From the NCBI GenBank assembly GCA_977020255.1, contig CDROCS010003383.1, positions 310,001 through 374,000 of the forward strand: a stretch of DNA of 64,000 bases, read 5' to 3'. Both the position numbers and the translations under genes were made by a program. Every line of letters starts with the position of its first letter. Position 1 is the first letter of the stretch. Source of the stretch: Obrimoposthia wandeli. Lineage: Eukaryota. Positions 14,201 through 26,825 of the stretch are shown here, piece after piece. The notes beneath the pieces are model-generated. The model was not told where the DNA came from and did not search any database. It was given only the letters and a program-made list of their open reading frames with translations.

Positions 14201-14770
14201 AATGTTATGGTGCAAATCATAGAAAAGAAGATATTTTAAATTGAAAAATGCACTCTGAAATAGATCCCCAATAACCTTTATAAATCTTTATTTAATTATG
14301 GAGCATTAATGTGACATCATAATTTAATACAATTTAGTGTACATTATACAAGGTTTGAAAGCGCAATTAATTCTAGCATATCATAGACGGAAATTTACGG
14401 TAGTGGAAAATATCGAGTGGTATTACGGTGTATTCCATGACGGTGAAACTGTAGTGGGATAAACAATTTTAGCTTTACTTTAAAATGTTTGATTTCAGAC
14501 ATTGTGTTAAATTTATCAAATCAAGAGTTTCGAAAATTACGTCGAAAATTCCGAAGAGATTCCTAGACAATAATTTATTTGAGCCCGTAGTAGTGTGATG
14601 GTCCTAGAAAATAGGTTTACAGTTTTTCGCTACAAAAAGCGACATTCGAAATTACGATCTAGAATTTACATCTGAATTTGCACGCATTAGTTTACAAGTC
14701 TGAAATATTTGAGTAAATGTTATGGTGCATACTGATTGTCACAAAGTGGTGAGTACCAACGATGGCACAG

Positions 14771-15217
14771 GTTCTGTCGGTGACAGCGTCAGCGGTGACC
14801 AACATGATGATTGGTCTCGATCGGTTCTGGGTGGTACTGTATCCAATGCGGTCGCGGATCACTCGCAACCGGAGCTGGCTGCTGCTGGCGCTGGTGTGGG
14901 GCGGCTCTGCTGTGTTTGCACTACCGCAGCTAGTGGTTGGCAACACACGCTCCGTATCAGGACCGTCCGTCTCTGTCACTGTGGCCGACAACAGCAGCAG
15001 TGTGGTCCAAGTCAGCCAGTATCGCGAGTGCGAGGAGAACTGGGGAGGTGCGCTGCAGCTCTCGTACACTCTGTTTGTGCTGGTGGCTACCTATGTTCTG
15101 CCGCTAGCAGTGCTCTGTGTCACCTATTCCATCGTTGGCGTAAGCCTGTGGCGCCGCGCCATTCCTGGAGAGGCCAACCAGGCTCGTGATGCCAGCCATC
15201 TACGCTCTAAGGTCAAG
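14771..15217 (+). CDS. GPCR coding exon 2 (TM3-TM5, ICL3)
   Basis: Acceptor gcacag|GTT. IGLDRFWVVLYP (DRY-type motif), TM4 VWGGSAVFALP, ECL2 Cys (RECEENW), TM5 VATYVLPL. Phase-0 donor AAG|gttagt at 15218. Confidence 0.93.
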
Positions 15218-15244
15218 GTTAGTCCGTGCTTCTGCTGTTGATGT

Positions 15245-16140
15245 TGAGGCTTAGTAAAGAACCCTGATATCTTTCAACCAGTTCCAGTTGGAGAGTGTTT
15301 GGACTGGTTCCAGACAAAGGTTTACTAGGACCACATATCACACTCAAGCATCTGAATCACTGTTGCTATGCACCGGAGAAAACGTCTTATGTGTCCATCT
15401 TCTCGCCCCACATGTGACACAAACATCTCCCTGACTCCCTTTCAACTTGCAGTAGTTCATTATATATAGTGAGTGTCTAATACCTAATATCTGAAAACTA
15501 AAAGCCAGCTTCCTCTGTTAAGTGCTTTCAAGCTATTCATTAACCCACACTTTCCGTAAATTACCCTAGTAAATTTCCTATCAATCCCATCTGTCTCGTG
15601 ATCCAGGTCAACACAATCTGCCTACGTTGCTAAGATCTTCCCGAATCCATACACTTCATTGATCAAGTCGTAGTTTGTGTTGTACCTGAACCTTGAGATG
15701 CTCTGGACATGCTCTGTCTGTCGCTATCCTCACTTTCTTTCTAACATATCTGTCCTTCACTAGCCACTTCAGTGCCAAGCACAGAGTCGCCATATCTGGT
15801 TACAAACAGTACCTCCCTCCCAACAGAGTTTCTGCAAACGTTTGGCATCACTTTTAACATTCCCGAACCTTCCTTTATTTGCGGCCTCATCAGTATACAG
15901 CACCAGGTCAAACTTGAAATAATCACTGAGCTTCTTGTGTGCCAGTTCGCTGTTTCTGTTGACGCTTTTGCTCAAAGTAATATTCAACTCCAGGCTTGTT
16001 TTATTTCGATCTTTCAAAGGAGCAGTCAATGAGGAAACATTCAATTATCTGAATCTTCTCCAAAGGAAGTACCCCGACTATTTCATCTTCTCTCTATCCA
16101 CGCCGCTTCAACTGATTATTAATGTTAACATTGATCAGGT
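15245..16140 (-). mobile_element. Degraded non-LTR retrotransposon (RTE-like LINE) fragments
   Basis: Minus-strand pieces resemble RT (LVLYTDEAA, a YADD-like motif), a C-terminal region (WIREDL...PGSRDRWD) and an endonuclease-like segment (DVFSGA). Many stops; intermediate GC content. Confidence 0.5.
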
Positions 16141-19100
16141 CCCTTTGTAATTTCTCTTAAATTTAACTTTAGATGTAATATCTTTTATGATTTTGACGGT
16201 GGTTGTATAATTTTAAACTTTTACAAAAGTCAATTAATGCTTAGAATTATTTATATAAAGTGCATTATAATGATTTTTAGTTGTAAAACTATTAAAATAA
16301 ATTACAATTATTATTTGAATATGTAAGAAAAACCCATTTATCTTAAAATTATTAAATAATTGCGCTATTAAGAATAACCTTGAAAATGACTTACACTTCT
16401 TTTGGAGTTAATCAGAAATACTTCATTTTTATTATTAAATTCCATTTTACATTTAACAATAAATCTTATAAAAAGATTGAATTCAAATAATATTATTATT
16501 GACAACTTAATTTAACTTTCATGTTTGTTTATATTTGTCATGGTAATAAAAGTCTAGTAAACATTCATCCATGATTTCATTTGCGCCTTGTTTTTGTTTG
16601 TGTCTTTGAAGCAGCTAACGGCGACAAATGATTCCTTGTGATTAACATGTAACAAAGATTGTAAATAATCATTAAAGTTGACATTAAATAATGCTTTGAG
16701 GGAAAATAATTAAAATATACCCATTAATTCTTCAGCTTTTACCAACCAATCACAGGCTATTTTATTTTGTATTTATAATATTAGAATTTAATAAACAATT
16801 ATTTTCAAACTGATTCATATTTATATTACTAAATTAAGTTGGTTAAAAAGTAGAGAAAATACAAATTCACAAAACAACATTATCTGTGTCAATCAGCAAA
16901 TAATAATTGAAGTAAATCTTATGTTTGATTCGTTTCAACTGGACTCATATTTTCAGGGTCCAATTGAAAATAACATTTATGTGACATCATATGATTTTTA
17001 AGTCTTTATTAACTTTGGCATTAAATATATACTTATGGAAGGTGAATATGAAGATATTGTAGGTATTGTGGTTGAATAAAACGTGAATCACAAGTCTGTG
17101 ACAGAACACGAAGGTAGTGGGAGAAAGCGAAATGATCTTACTATAAACCAACATTGAGAGAAAAAGGGATATTGTGAGTTTGGATTATGAGAAGGCATTG
17201 GTTGAGTGTTTGCTGTTGTGGTTGATTGCTGGATTAATTTTTTTCTTGACGATATTTTTCGATTTTTCTTTTGAATTAAATTTGATTTACTTGATTTCTG
17301 CTATTTTTTTTAGCAGCGGTTTTGTTGTTTCTAAATGCATCGATATGCATTAATTATTACAATTAATTAGTTTCTTTCTTTTTTTAACATTTTTCTTTCA
17401 TCATAATTATCATCACACACATTATCATTTTTACCATTATTTATTTAATTTAATTTTTATTTAATTAATTTTACTTTTATTTGATTTTATTAACAATTCT
17501 ATTTCAAATTAAGTCACAACAATACTATATAAATATTTATTTTCTTACAATATATACAAAGCAAAAAGTACACAACCATATGATTCACTTTATAACAATA
17601 GTTATCAAATTGGTTAATTATTTCAGAAATATGTACACATAAAATCTTTACTTTTTTTTAAAATAATGATTGTTTTTCTGTTTATTTTAAGCTAATTAGA
17701 ATTACATTATTCATAAATAAGAACTATAGAGAGCAACAACTTATTTCAACAATATATATATAAATATAAATATTGAAACAATAAGTCATACAATAAGTAA
17801 ATAGATTTTAATTTAATATCATTGCTTATTATAATTTGATATATTTGAATTTTTAAAATTAATTTGTCCATTTATGTTTTTTAATTTATTAAAATTAGCA
17901 ACATGTTAAATTTTATTATTGGCCGTTTTGGGAACCATATTTATAAGGTAAGTGTTTTTTTACAATTTCTAGGTATAATGAATAAAACCATATCAGATGC
18001 CATTTGAAATTAAAGAACTTCAAAATTAGATCAAATATTGAATATTTCCGAAATAGCTAGATTAAGTGAAGTTAGTAGAATTAGAGTATATAAAATGAAA
18101 AACAAAAATAATTGGAGCGTAGTTGTATCTGGTAAAGCGAATGATTAGAAGAACTGGGGATGTAACGTCCTCAACTTATTTTCAGACTTTAATATGTGGC
18201 TTTCTTTATTGAAGTTACGCGATTTTAATTTTTTTTTGGTAAGCAGATCTGGTGACGTGAAGTTTGTGATTTCACATGAAGTTTAATACTTTTTATTTTA
18301 TTTATTTTTAGACTGAAGTTTATATAATTTTATCGACAAATCAGAAATTATGCCATTTAAAAGTATGTTCATTGAAAGTGCATATGAAAAGGGAAAATAA
18401 AATAATTTATAAAGCTAAATTTAATACAATAATTAACAAAATATTATTATAATTTTTTGACCTAATTTAATATTGATTTTCAATAAAATTGTTTCATCAA
18501 AACTCAAATCTCTGTTTAAAATTTATTCATTTGCAAACTATTTGAAAGAACAATAAATCATATAGTGTTTGTTTAGCGTAAAGAATCTAATTTATTATTG
18601 CAAATAAAATACTAACTAAATTGAGTCTTTACAGATTTTATATCTTTTAAAATTATAATTTGGTTTTGTTAAAATTATTTTAAATAAATATATGTAATAA
18701 ATTTCAAAACTTATCCTGATTAAAAATGTACAAAAATATATATTAAAAAAAAATCTATGTTTTGTACAGATGTATTGGAAAAATAATTTTCTATAATTAT
18801 AGTTTTACTGATTATATTTTATTGAATTGTCTGAAGAACTCATTTTATAAGGAAACGGCTTTTAATACTAGTGCTTTTAAGGGATATAATTCTATTAATT
18901 CTAATTAAATATTACAGACGCATTTAAAAAAATAATTGTACTATTATTCTGGATCAGATTGCTTAAAATTTTCATAATTTTAATGTAACACAATATATTT
19001 AGATTCATTATTAAAAATAATTTAAATACATTTATAATTTGATGCAGGATTTGAAAAAGAAAGACCAAAATAAGGCTATATGGAAAGAAAATTATAAAAA

Positions 19101-20065
19101 TGAAATAACAGTTTTTCTTTTGTACTACATATAACTATCATGGGTTTTCTCGATTTCATTATTCAACAATTTTCGATATTTCTATATTCGTTTATTCTAA
19201 GTTGTTACATAAAAAGATTATATTTCCCTTGAAACAGTGAGAAGGAGCGTTCTATCTCAAAGTTAAATATTCGCAGAGTATATTCAGTATGCAGGAAAAT
19301 AGAACTTATTCTGTTCTATTTGAGAGTTTGGCTGTGATAAATTACTCTTCGAGAACAAGACTAATTTCGGTAGCTCTGCTCGGTTTGCTACAGATTTAAT
19401 CATAGCGTCTGGAGCACCCCAGAAGATAGACACCAGTTTTAAAGTCAGTATCAAACAGATTCCCGAGGTTATTCAGAAAGTAAATTGAAAAATAGATTAA
19501 AATATTGTGCACTTTTTTCCTCGAAGCAGACGCAGTGGATTCAGCAATTCAGAAGAATGAAATGCATTCTCAGACAAAACTTGATCCTTTTCTTTATTTT
19601 CTTTCCTGAATAAAATAATAAATTCTTTAGTGCTATGAATTATTTGTGGTGTCGAATAAATCTAAACTTCAATTCCACCATTTCTCTATAAATGGTGTTT
19701 GATTCTTTTTTGAATGAGCTATTGCTTGACTGAATCAGATAAGTTTTGTGGACAATTGCTCTTCAGAGAGAAATTGATTATTGATTTTCGAAGAGTGTGT
19801 GATCGTCTGAAGATTAGAAAATTTTGTTTCTCTTTCGAACAAACTATATGTTGACTAAATCGGATATGTTTTGTGGAAAATATTGAGACTTATGATTTTT
19901 CGGGATAAAGTTATAGACATTATAATAACATTTAAAATTTAATTTCAACAAAGGACTTTTTTGTATAGAAGCACAACTTGTTTAGATGAAATGTCTAAAT
20001 GAGCATATACTTCTTATATGGGTTTTGAAATCCATAAGTAGACATTTGGCTATGTAATACATGTA

Positions 20066-20580
20066 CCGTATTTTCCAGGTCATCTAACCCGCAAGTTATC
20101 TATTATTTTTATTTTGTTGAGTGTGACGGTTATCTTCTAAACTATGCAGGTTTTTTGTTTCATTTAAAAAATAAACTTTAATAACCTCGAAATATAGATT
20201 AAAAAATTCATGATAAAGTGCAAATTTATAAATCAAAACAGTTTTCATGACATTTATTATATAATTAAGAAAAAAAAATTTATACTAAAATCTATATCCT
20301 TTAATATTTGTTTATAATTATTATTATCTGCAAACAATTTCCAGTCAAAACCCTAAAAATTGGAAACCCAGCGACGACAAGAGAATTTGAAATAGATAAG
20401 TCAATAATTCGCTATTGGCGAAAAAACAAAGAGATTATGACAAAAATGCCTCAACGGAAACAAAAAACGGAAACAAATTTACCTTGTTATGCATGCTGTT
20501 TGTGAATTATGGTCAAGAGAACTAATTTTGCATGCGAAATCTGTTAAAAATTGTTGTAGGTAATTGTACAGAAAATACGA
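20066..20580 (+). mobile_element. pogo-type non-autonomous DNA transposon (515 bp)
   Basis: TIRs CCGTATTTTC / GAAAATACGA, each flanked by TA. Internal ORF 20308-20505 has a Brinker/pogo-like HTH pattern (GNPATTREFEIDKSIIRYWRKNK). Confidence 0.75.
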
Positions 20581-23500
20581 TACATCATTTATATATACCT
20601 ACTTATTTCTTGTTATAAAATATTTTTAATGACATTTTGAGCAGAATTTCTAATTTTAAATTCGAAAGCTTGAAAATTACCCTAATTAGTTTCATTTTTT
20701 AGAAGAACATTGAAATTCCTGTTTCTATTTTCTCGAAAAAATCCTCGATATTCTACAATCAATTCCCTCTACAACGCCATATGTTATCGTGCAGTTAATC
20801 ATAATAGATTCCCTTACAATTTTCTTCAAATTCCAGTGGGGATTAGGTTTGATTTTATTACCAGATAGTAGCACTGATACATCCCTCAAACGAAATCCCT
20901 CATCAGATACAATTTAGGATATTATTTTCCTTTATTAAATAATCAATAAAATAAAATAGTAATTACTTAATTATATATTTAACTGTAAGTTAACTCTTCG
21001 GGCGATTTTACATTTATTTTTTTAGATTTAACTATCTAACCACACTACACATGTCATATTAATGTCATATTATAGAATTAAAGAATACATTTCCTACCAT
21101 ATTAAACTATTTTAATGAGAATGTCGTTTTAATAATCAGGAACTTTTAATAATTATCTATATAATGTTTTATAAATAGTTTTGAAAATAACAACAATAGC
21201 AAAGCGACTAATATTTATTTGTGTGTAATAAACCTCCAACTATGATAAATAATTACCAAGTGCCTTTGATTTCCTCTAAGTGTTTGTTCATTTTTGTTGA
21301 ATATTAAACCTTAAAATCTAGTCGCAAAAATTTCATTGAACTTTATTACACTTATCACATATAAGTTATTAGTTTCTAATTAAATGTCAATAATTAAAAT
21401 CGATAGCATTCAACTTTTTATTTTTTTAAACGTTTCTTAAGAATGTTTTCTATTGACAGGCCTTATTTAAACATAAACGTAAATCACAAATAAAAGTTGT
21501 CCACAATCTTAAATATCGCTTGCTTTTACTCAACTAAGTTATGTGTATTTTTTAATTGATAAACATCTTCATTCAAAAAGCCGTTGTTTTGAATTGCTTT
21601 ATATGTGTCATGCAGGGAGTTTATTTAATAATTCATAACTATTGAAATTTCTGTGACGACGCTAAGATTCTTAAAATTGAATAGCTACAAATTAAAATCG
21701 AGACTATATGGAGGCTGGTTCCCCATATATATTTTTTCACTTACGTTGCAACTAAAAAAAAATTCTTTTGATATATGAGGTTTAGAATTATCCTACATCA
21801 GTGTCATCCATGAAGATATACCAAAGATTTTGGTAATAGGTCGAAAAAACTTTATTGCATATTGCCATTGCTGCTATAATTTTTTTTTCATAAGATCATG
21901 TTTATTCATATTTTGTTACTTTTCTCGTGCCAACATATCTTAAACAGTTTTTTTTCCGATATCAACTTTCTCAATCATTCCAGATCTTTTAAAAAGTTTA
22001 CCCATTTTAATACGAATTTTCATTTATGCTTCTGTCATATTTTTTGGTAATCCATATGCAAAATTTATGTCGTACGGAAGGAAATTTCTTTAAAAATTAT
22101 TATTCATAGACTTTCAGTTACTTTCAGTAAAATATGTTTGAGTTCGGCTAACTCTTTCTGTATTTGTAAAACTTGTGTCTTGACGGGTAAATGCCTATAA
22201 ACGATTGCTAGCGATGTTTCTTTATCTCTGTATGTATTGTGTGGTAAGTCATGATTATATATGGAGGTTTCAATTCATTTTTCAACAAGGTATAAAATGA
22301 ATTTAATATTTTTATTTAAATTTCCTACTTCCTTCAAACAAAAACGAATTATTAAATATAATTGAAGATAATTACTTTTTGAAATAACGTTTAAAAGCTT
22401 ATATATCAGATTTAATATTTGCTAACCTAAATTTAAGATATATGCAAATTAATGTTGTCAGGAAAGCTTATTAATATAATTAAGCAAGTTTTCTAATAAC
22501 TTTTTGAAATATAAATAATTCGTCTAAATAAAGTTTGAATCCTCAAAGAACTAAAAATCTTGATGAATATTAATATATTTCCAAGTCATCTAGCATATTT
22601 TAATTAAAAAATATATTCTTGCTCATTCTGATCAATAATGCAGAAAATATTTTTTTAATTCGTTAGAAAATGTGAATTTAAAATAAATCCATTATTTCAC
22701 CCAAACTTAAACCCTTAAAATGCCTTTCAATGCCATGTGGATTATTTTGAAATGAACATATTAATATTTATAAAATAATATTATTTCGATTTATTGCAAC
22801 AATTTGAAAACTGGTTTAGTTTGACTTTTTTCTCTTTATTCTTTTATTTAAAAAAGACATTTACACAAACATTGTAACGAAAAAATTCAAACTTTAACCC
22901 TCAACCATATTGTAAAGGAATGTGAGACCTGACGTTTTTTAGTTTAGAAGGCAGATAATGCATTTTAATGATGGCATGGTGCAGTTGGTGGGGATTGAGA
23001 CAACGTCAACAAGTTGATTTTTATTAACTGTTGTGAATATTTACGAATCACACTTAGTCATCACTAGATAAAAATGAAACTTATATTTGCAATAAAATTC
23101 TTCTTTTGATTTTAAATGTAAATGGAACAAAAATATTGGGTAAAATCGAATGTAACACCGTTTTCAAAATCGGCGTAACGTTTTTCTCAGTCTAGAAAAA
23201 CTGTTTGAAGTTTCAGAAGCAAATCACAACTAAATTGATAGTCTAGAAAGTGCCGAATCCCACTGGTATTCGCCGTGAAGTTCGATAACTGGTTCACAAC
23301 TGATACATAACTGATACACTCTAAACTGATTGTACAAACTTTCAATGAAATTCAAGTATACGATTGTCTTGATTTTCCGCCACTACGACCTTCGCCACTG
23401 TACCGTGCACCACCAGTGAACGGAAAAATCTGTATATCTGAGTTTGAGAAAAAGTTAAACTCACATATATGAACAATATACACAAACATGCACACGCACA

Positions 23501-23668
23501 GGTTTTGTAGAACAGTCGTTTGGCACCTACGAAGATAAATATAACAGCTTCTTATAGCGTTGACAAAAACTCTCAATAAAATTTTGGGTATATTGTGTAG
23601 TATCTCTTTGAAATTTATAATTGATAATTAGGAGTTTCTTTTAAATATCACACTGCTCAATCGCTCAG

Positions 23669-23875
23669 GTAATCAAGATGCTGGCCATAATTGTGACCTG
23701 CTTCGGCCTCTGCTGGTTGCCATTGCACCTCTTTTTTCTGCTGAACAACATCATCGATTTCCGCAAATTTGATCGCTACCACCTCAATATTGCCTATGTT
23801 ATATGTCACTGGATTGCTATGGCCAACAGCTGTATCAACCCCTTTGTTTACGGCATCATGAACGACTCTTTTCAG
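23669..23875 (+). CDS. GPCR coding exon 3 (TM6, ECL3, TM7)
   Basis: Acceptor gctcag|GTA. VIKMLAIIVTCFGLCWLPLH (CWxP), HWIAMANSCINPFVY (NPxxY). Phase-0 donor CAG|gtacca at 23876. Confidence 0.95.
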
Positions 23876-26429
23876 GTACCAGTCTACAGTTTTACGTCGT
23901 ATAAACATGTTACTGTTAAAATTTCCAGTTATAAAATTTTGAAACCAAAATAAAATTTGAAATAAAATTGAAAAATCATATGCAGATTTTCTAAAGAATA
24001 AAACTATTTTAAAATTGCATTATATAACTTAATAAATAAATTAAAATGCTAAGGTCAACATAAACAATAGTTAATTTTGATATTAATTTCATATTAGTAG
24101 CTTGTAAATATTTCAGATATTTAAAATATATATATATATATTTAGAAAAACCTATTGTCAATATAAAATGTATGTATAGAGGAAATCCTGGATTTTGATA
24201 CAAAATTTGGAAAAAATAAAATAAAATTATAAATATTTTAATGACCTCTACATACTCAGCAAAATAATTTATTTTTATTTGTTGAAATGGCCAAATCACG
24301 CCTAATTTATATTTTTTGAATAAAGATTATGATATTAATATTTATTTAAGAATAATTTATTCTGTAACAATTCGCTAAATAATTTTGATTTATTATGTTT
24401 TAAAAACAGAAAATATCTACCAAAATTTATTTTAAACATATTTAGTAAATAATTTTAAGAATTAACTAAAATTTCAATTTTTAAGAAATTTATTTAACAT
24501 TTGTATTTAGTGTAATAATATAGCTAAACTATTTAGAAATTTCTTAAAAACAATAAAGTATCAATGTTTTTTCAATTAATTAACTTTTATTGTGCAAATA
24601 TTGGGAAGTTACTTTATTTTTTCTTAAATGTAACTTTTAAATATACATTAAGTATAATTTCGCTTAAGTTGATTTTAGTAATGCTACTTTTATTTCCTCT
24701 TCACTATCTATATTTTTAACAAATATGAAATTTTCGATTTCTAATTAAAATGCATACATTTGATTGATTAAATCCTTGTAATTTTAGCCTATTGTTTTTA
24801 GTTTATTTTTTGTGTTAATATGATATTTAGAAACTTTTAGACTGTTTATTGAATTTTTATTTTAAACTAAATATAAACTTATTTTTCTCAAATTTTATCT
24901 TTTTAAGTAAATTTTAATTTTAATATAGAATTTAAGAAAAAATTGGTTTTTGTTTACTTTGTGTATATAAGATTTTAATTGTTAAAATTTGCTATGTGGA
25001 ACTATTGAAACATATTTTGAGACTATATTTGACTTTTAAAGTAAATATTATTTGGAAAGAAGATCAAATTTAGTTTGAGATTGTTTGGAAGTGAAACACA
25101 GAGACAGTTTCTGAATAATGCTGATAATGTACCTAATGGATATTGCACCTACTTCAGTTAGTTAATTCTGACCACTGTCTTTCTTTTCACCCTGGATTAT
25201 AGAATCGTGGAACAGTCAAATAATTTATGTTTTAATCAATATTTATTACAAACTAAGTTGCTGAACTATAAAACAGTTTTTCTACAACAAATAAGACTTA
25301 CAAGAAAAAACATTTCAAGCAAATTTTGAGGTGAACTAATTTCTATTAATGGATTTTGCTGGTTAGAATTTCTGAAAATAAATATCATATGCTAACCTTA
25401 ACTAGACGTTATTTTAAAATAAAATATTATGACAAAAATAATTTTATTTATCCGATTAGTAGATGGTTTAAATTAGTTTTGCATTTTGATGTGAATGTGA
25501 TTTTTTTAAATACTGATAACACAGAACAACATGAATGAAAATAATTAATAATAGAACAATTAAATCTTCTGGCTATATTCAAGAAAGATATTAAATCTTA
25601 AATCGTAGTCAAAGGTAAAATACAGTCTATTTTACTTCATAACATTGCCACCAAATACCAATTGTATTGACAGTTATTTTTAAAAAATTAACTAAATAAA
25701 ACAAACATACGTTAGAGTCAAAATACTTTTTCTTTATAATTTAATGGAGCGAATTTACAAAAAATATATTTTTAAATCTTCAGTAAAAATGCAATGATTT
25801 TTATGATGTTAAAATAAAAGGAAAAATCATAAAAGGAAATTGTGGAAATGGAGTAAAGTTTCTTTTGCTTATTTACTCTCAGTTGTACAAATATAATGGT
25901 TTCTTTCTCTAAATCAAATACTAAACCATGGGGTATTACTACGATACCAATTATGACATTTGCTAATTTAGGATTCCCACCAGATACTTTGTACGGATTC
26001 GTCTCTCCAATTATCGTTCATTTCATTTACCCACAATTTCGTCTATTGTACTCAGTACTAACCGACAACATAAGTGAATTAATATATAAACTGAAAGGCT
26101 ACCTTGATGTATTCTCTGACAAGGGAACTTATTTCAGTGACAACGAGTTATTTCAGTGATATTTTTATTTTATATACACATGTAAAACTTTGAAATAAAG
26201 TTTATATTACTATGAATAATTACAAAAACTTTTACTGTTAGTTATTTCTCGCTGTTAAACATTTTGCTTTACTGGTCCTGACCCATTTAACAACCTCTAG
26301 TAGGGACGTTTTAATAAGAATCTAATTTATTTAGAATTCTTAGTTGTGAAGGATTTTTCCTATTATTTTTTATAGAAATAAAAATCATTATTTATTTGTA
26401 GTTAATTTATTAAACAGTAACCAAAGTAT

Positions 26430-26700
26430 TCTAGAGTCTCATTTGGTACCAAATATCGATGAAATCAATTATCCAATATATGATTTCAACAGAACATTGC
26501 AACACCTCAAAATATCAAATTAATAAACTTTCCATTAATGAGTCCTGATTTAAACCCAAAGGAAAATCTATTCACTATAATATCACATAAGCTCTATACA
26601 GCTGGAACGGTATATGCTATTAATATGACCTTGAGACAAATGTGTACAGAATCGTGGAAGAAATAAGAATAAAACAAAAATATGGATTATTTTTTATAAA
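26430..26700 (+). mobile_element. Tc1-like transposase remnant
   Basis: FQQNIATP (QQDNAP-like) at ~26485 and SPDLNPKENLF (SPDLNPIENLW-like) at ~26541; broken frames. Confidence 0.55.
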
Positions 26701-26825
26701 CAAATTAATGGAAAGACCAAACTAAAAAAACATAAAAAATAAGACGATTCCAATGGTTTCATTAAATTTACCTCTTATCTGCAAAAATCAATTTGCAAAA
26801 AAGCAGAAATAACATCTGTGACTAT

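Noticed and set aside
14692-15189. ORFs 14692-15069(-) and 14722-15189(+)
   Set aside because: Alternative frames of GPCR exon 2, with no independent motifs.
23151-23566. Possible solo LTR (TGTAAC...GTTGACA) with a GC-rich patch at 23370-23430
   Set aside because: No TSD and no second copy in the window.
25896-26159. 87-aa ORF in GPCR intron 3
   Set aside because: No motif recognised on either strand and no clear splice context.
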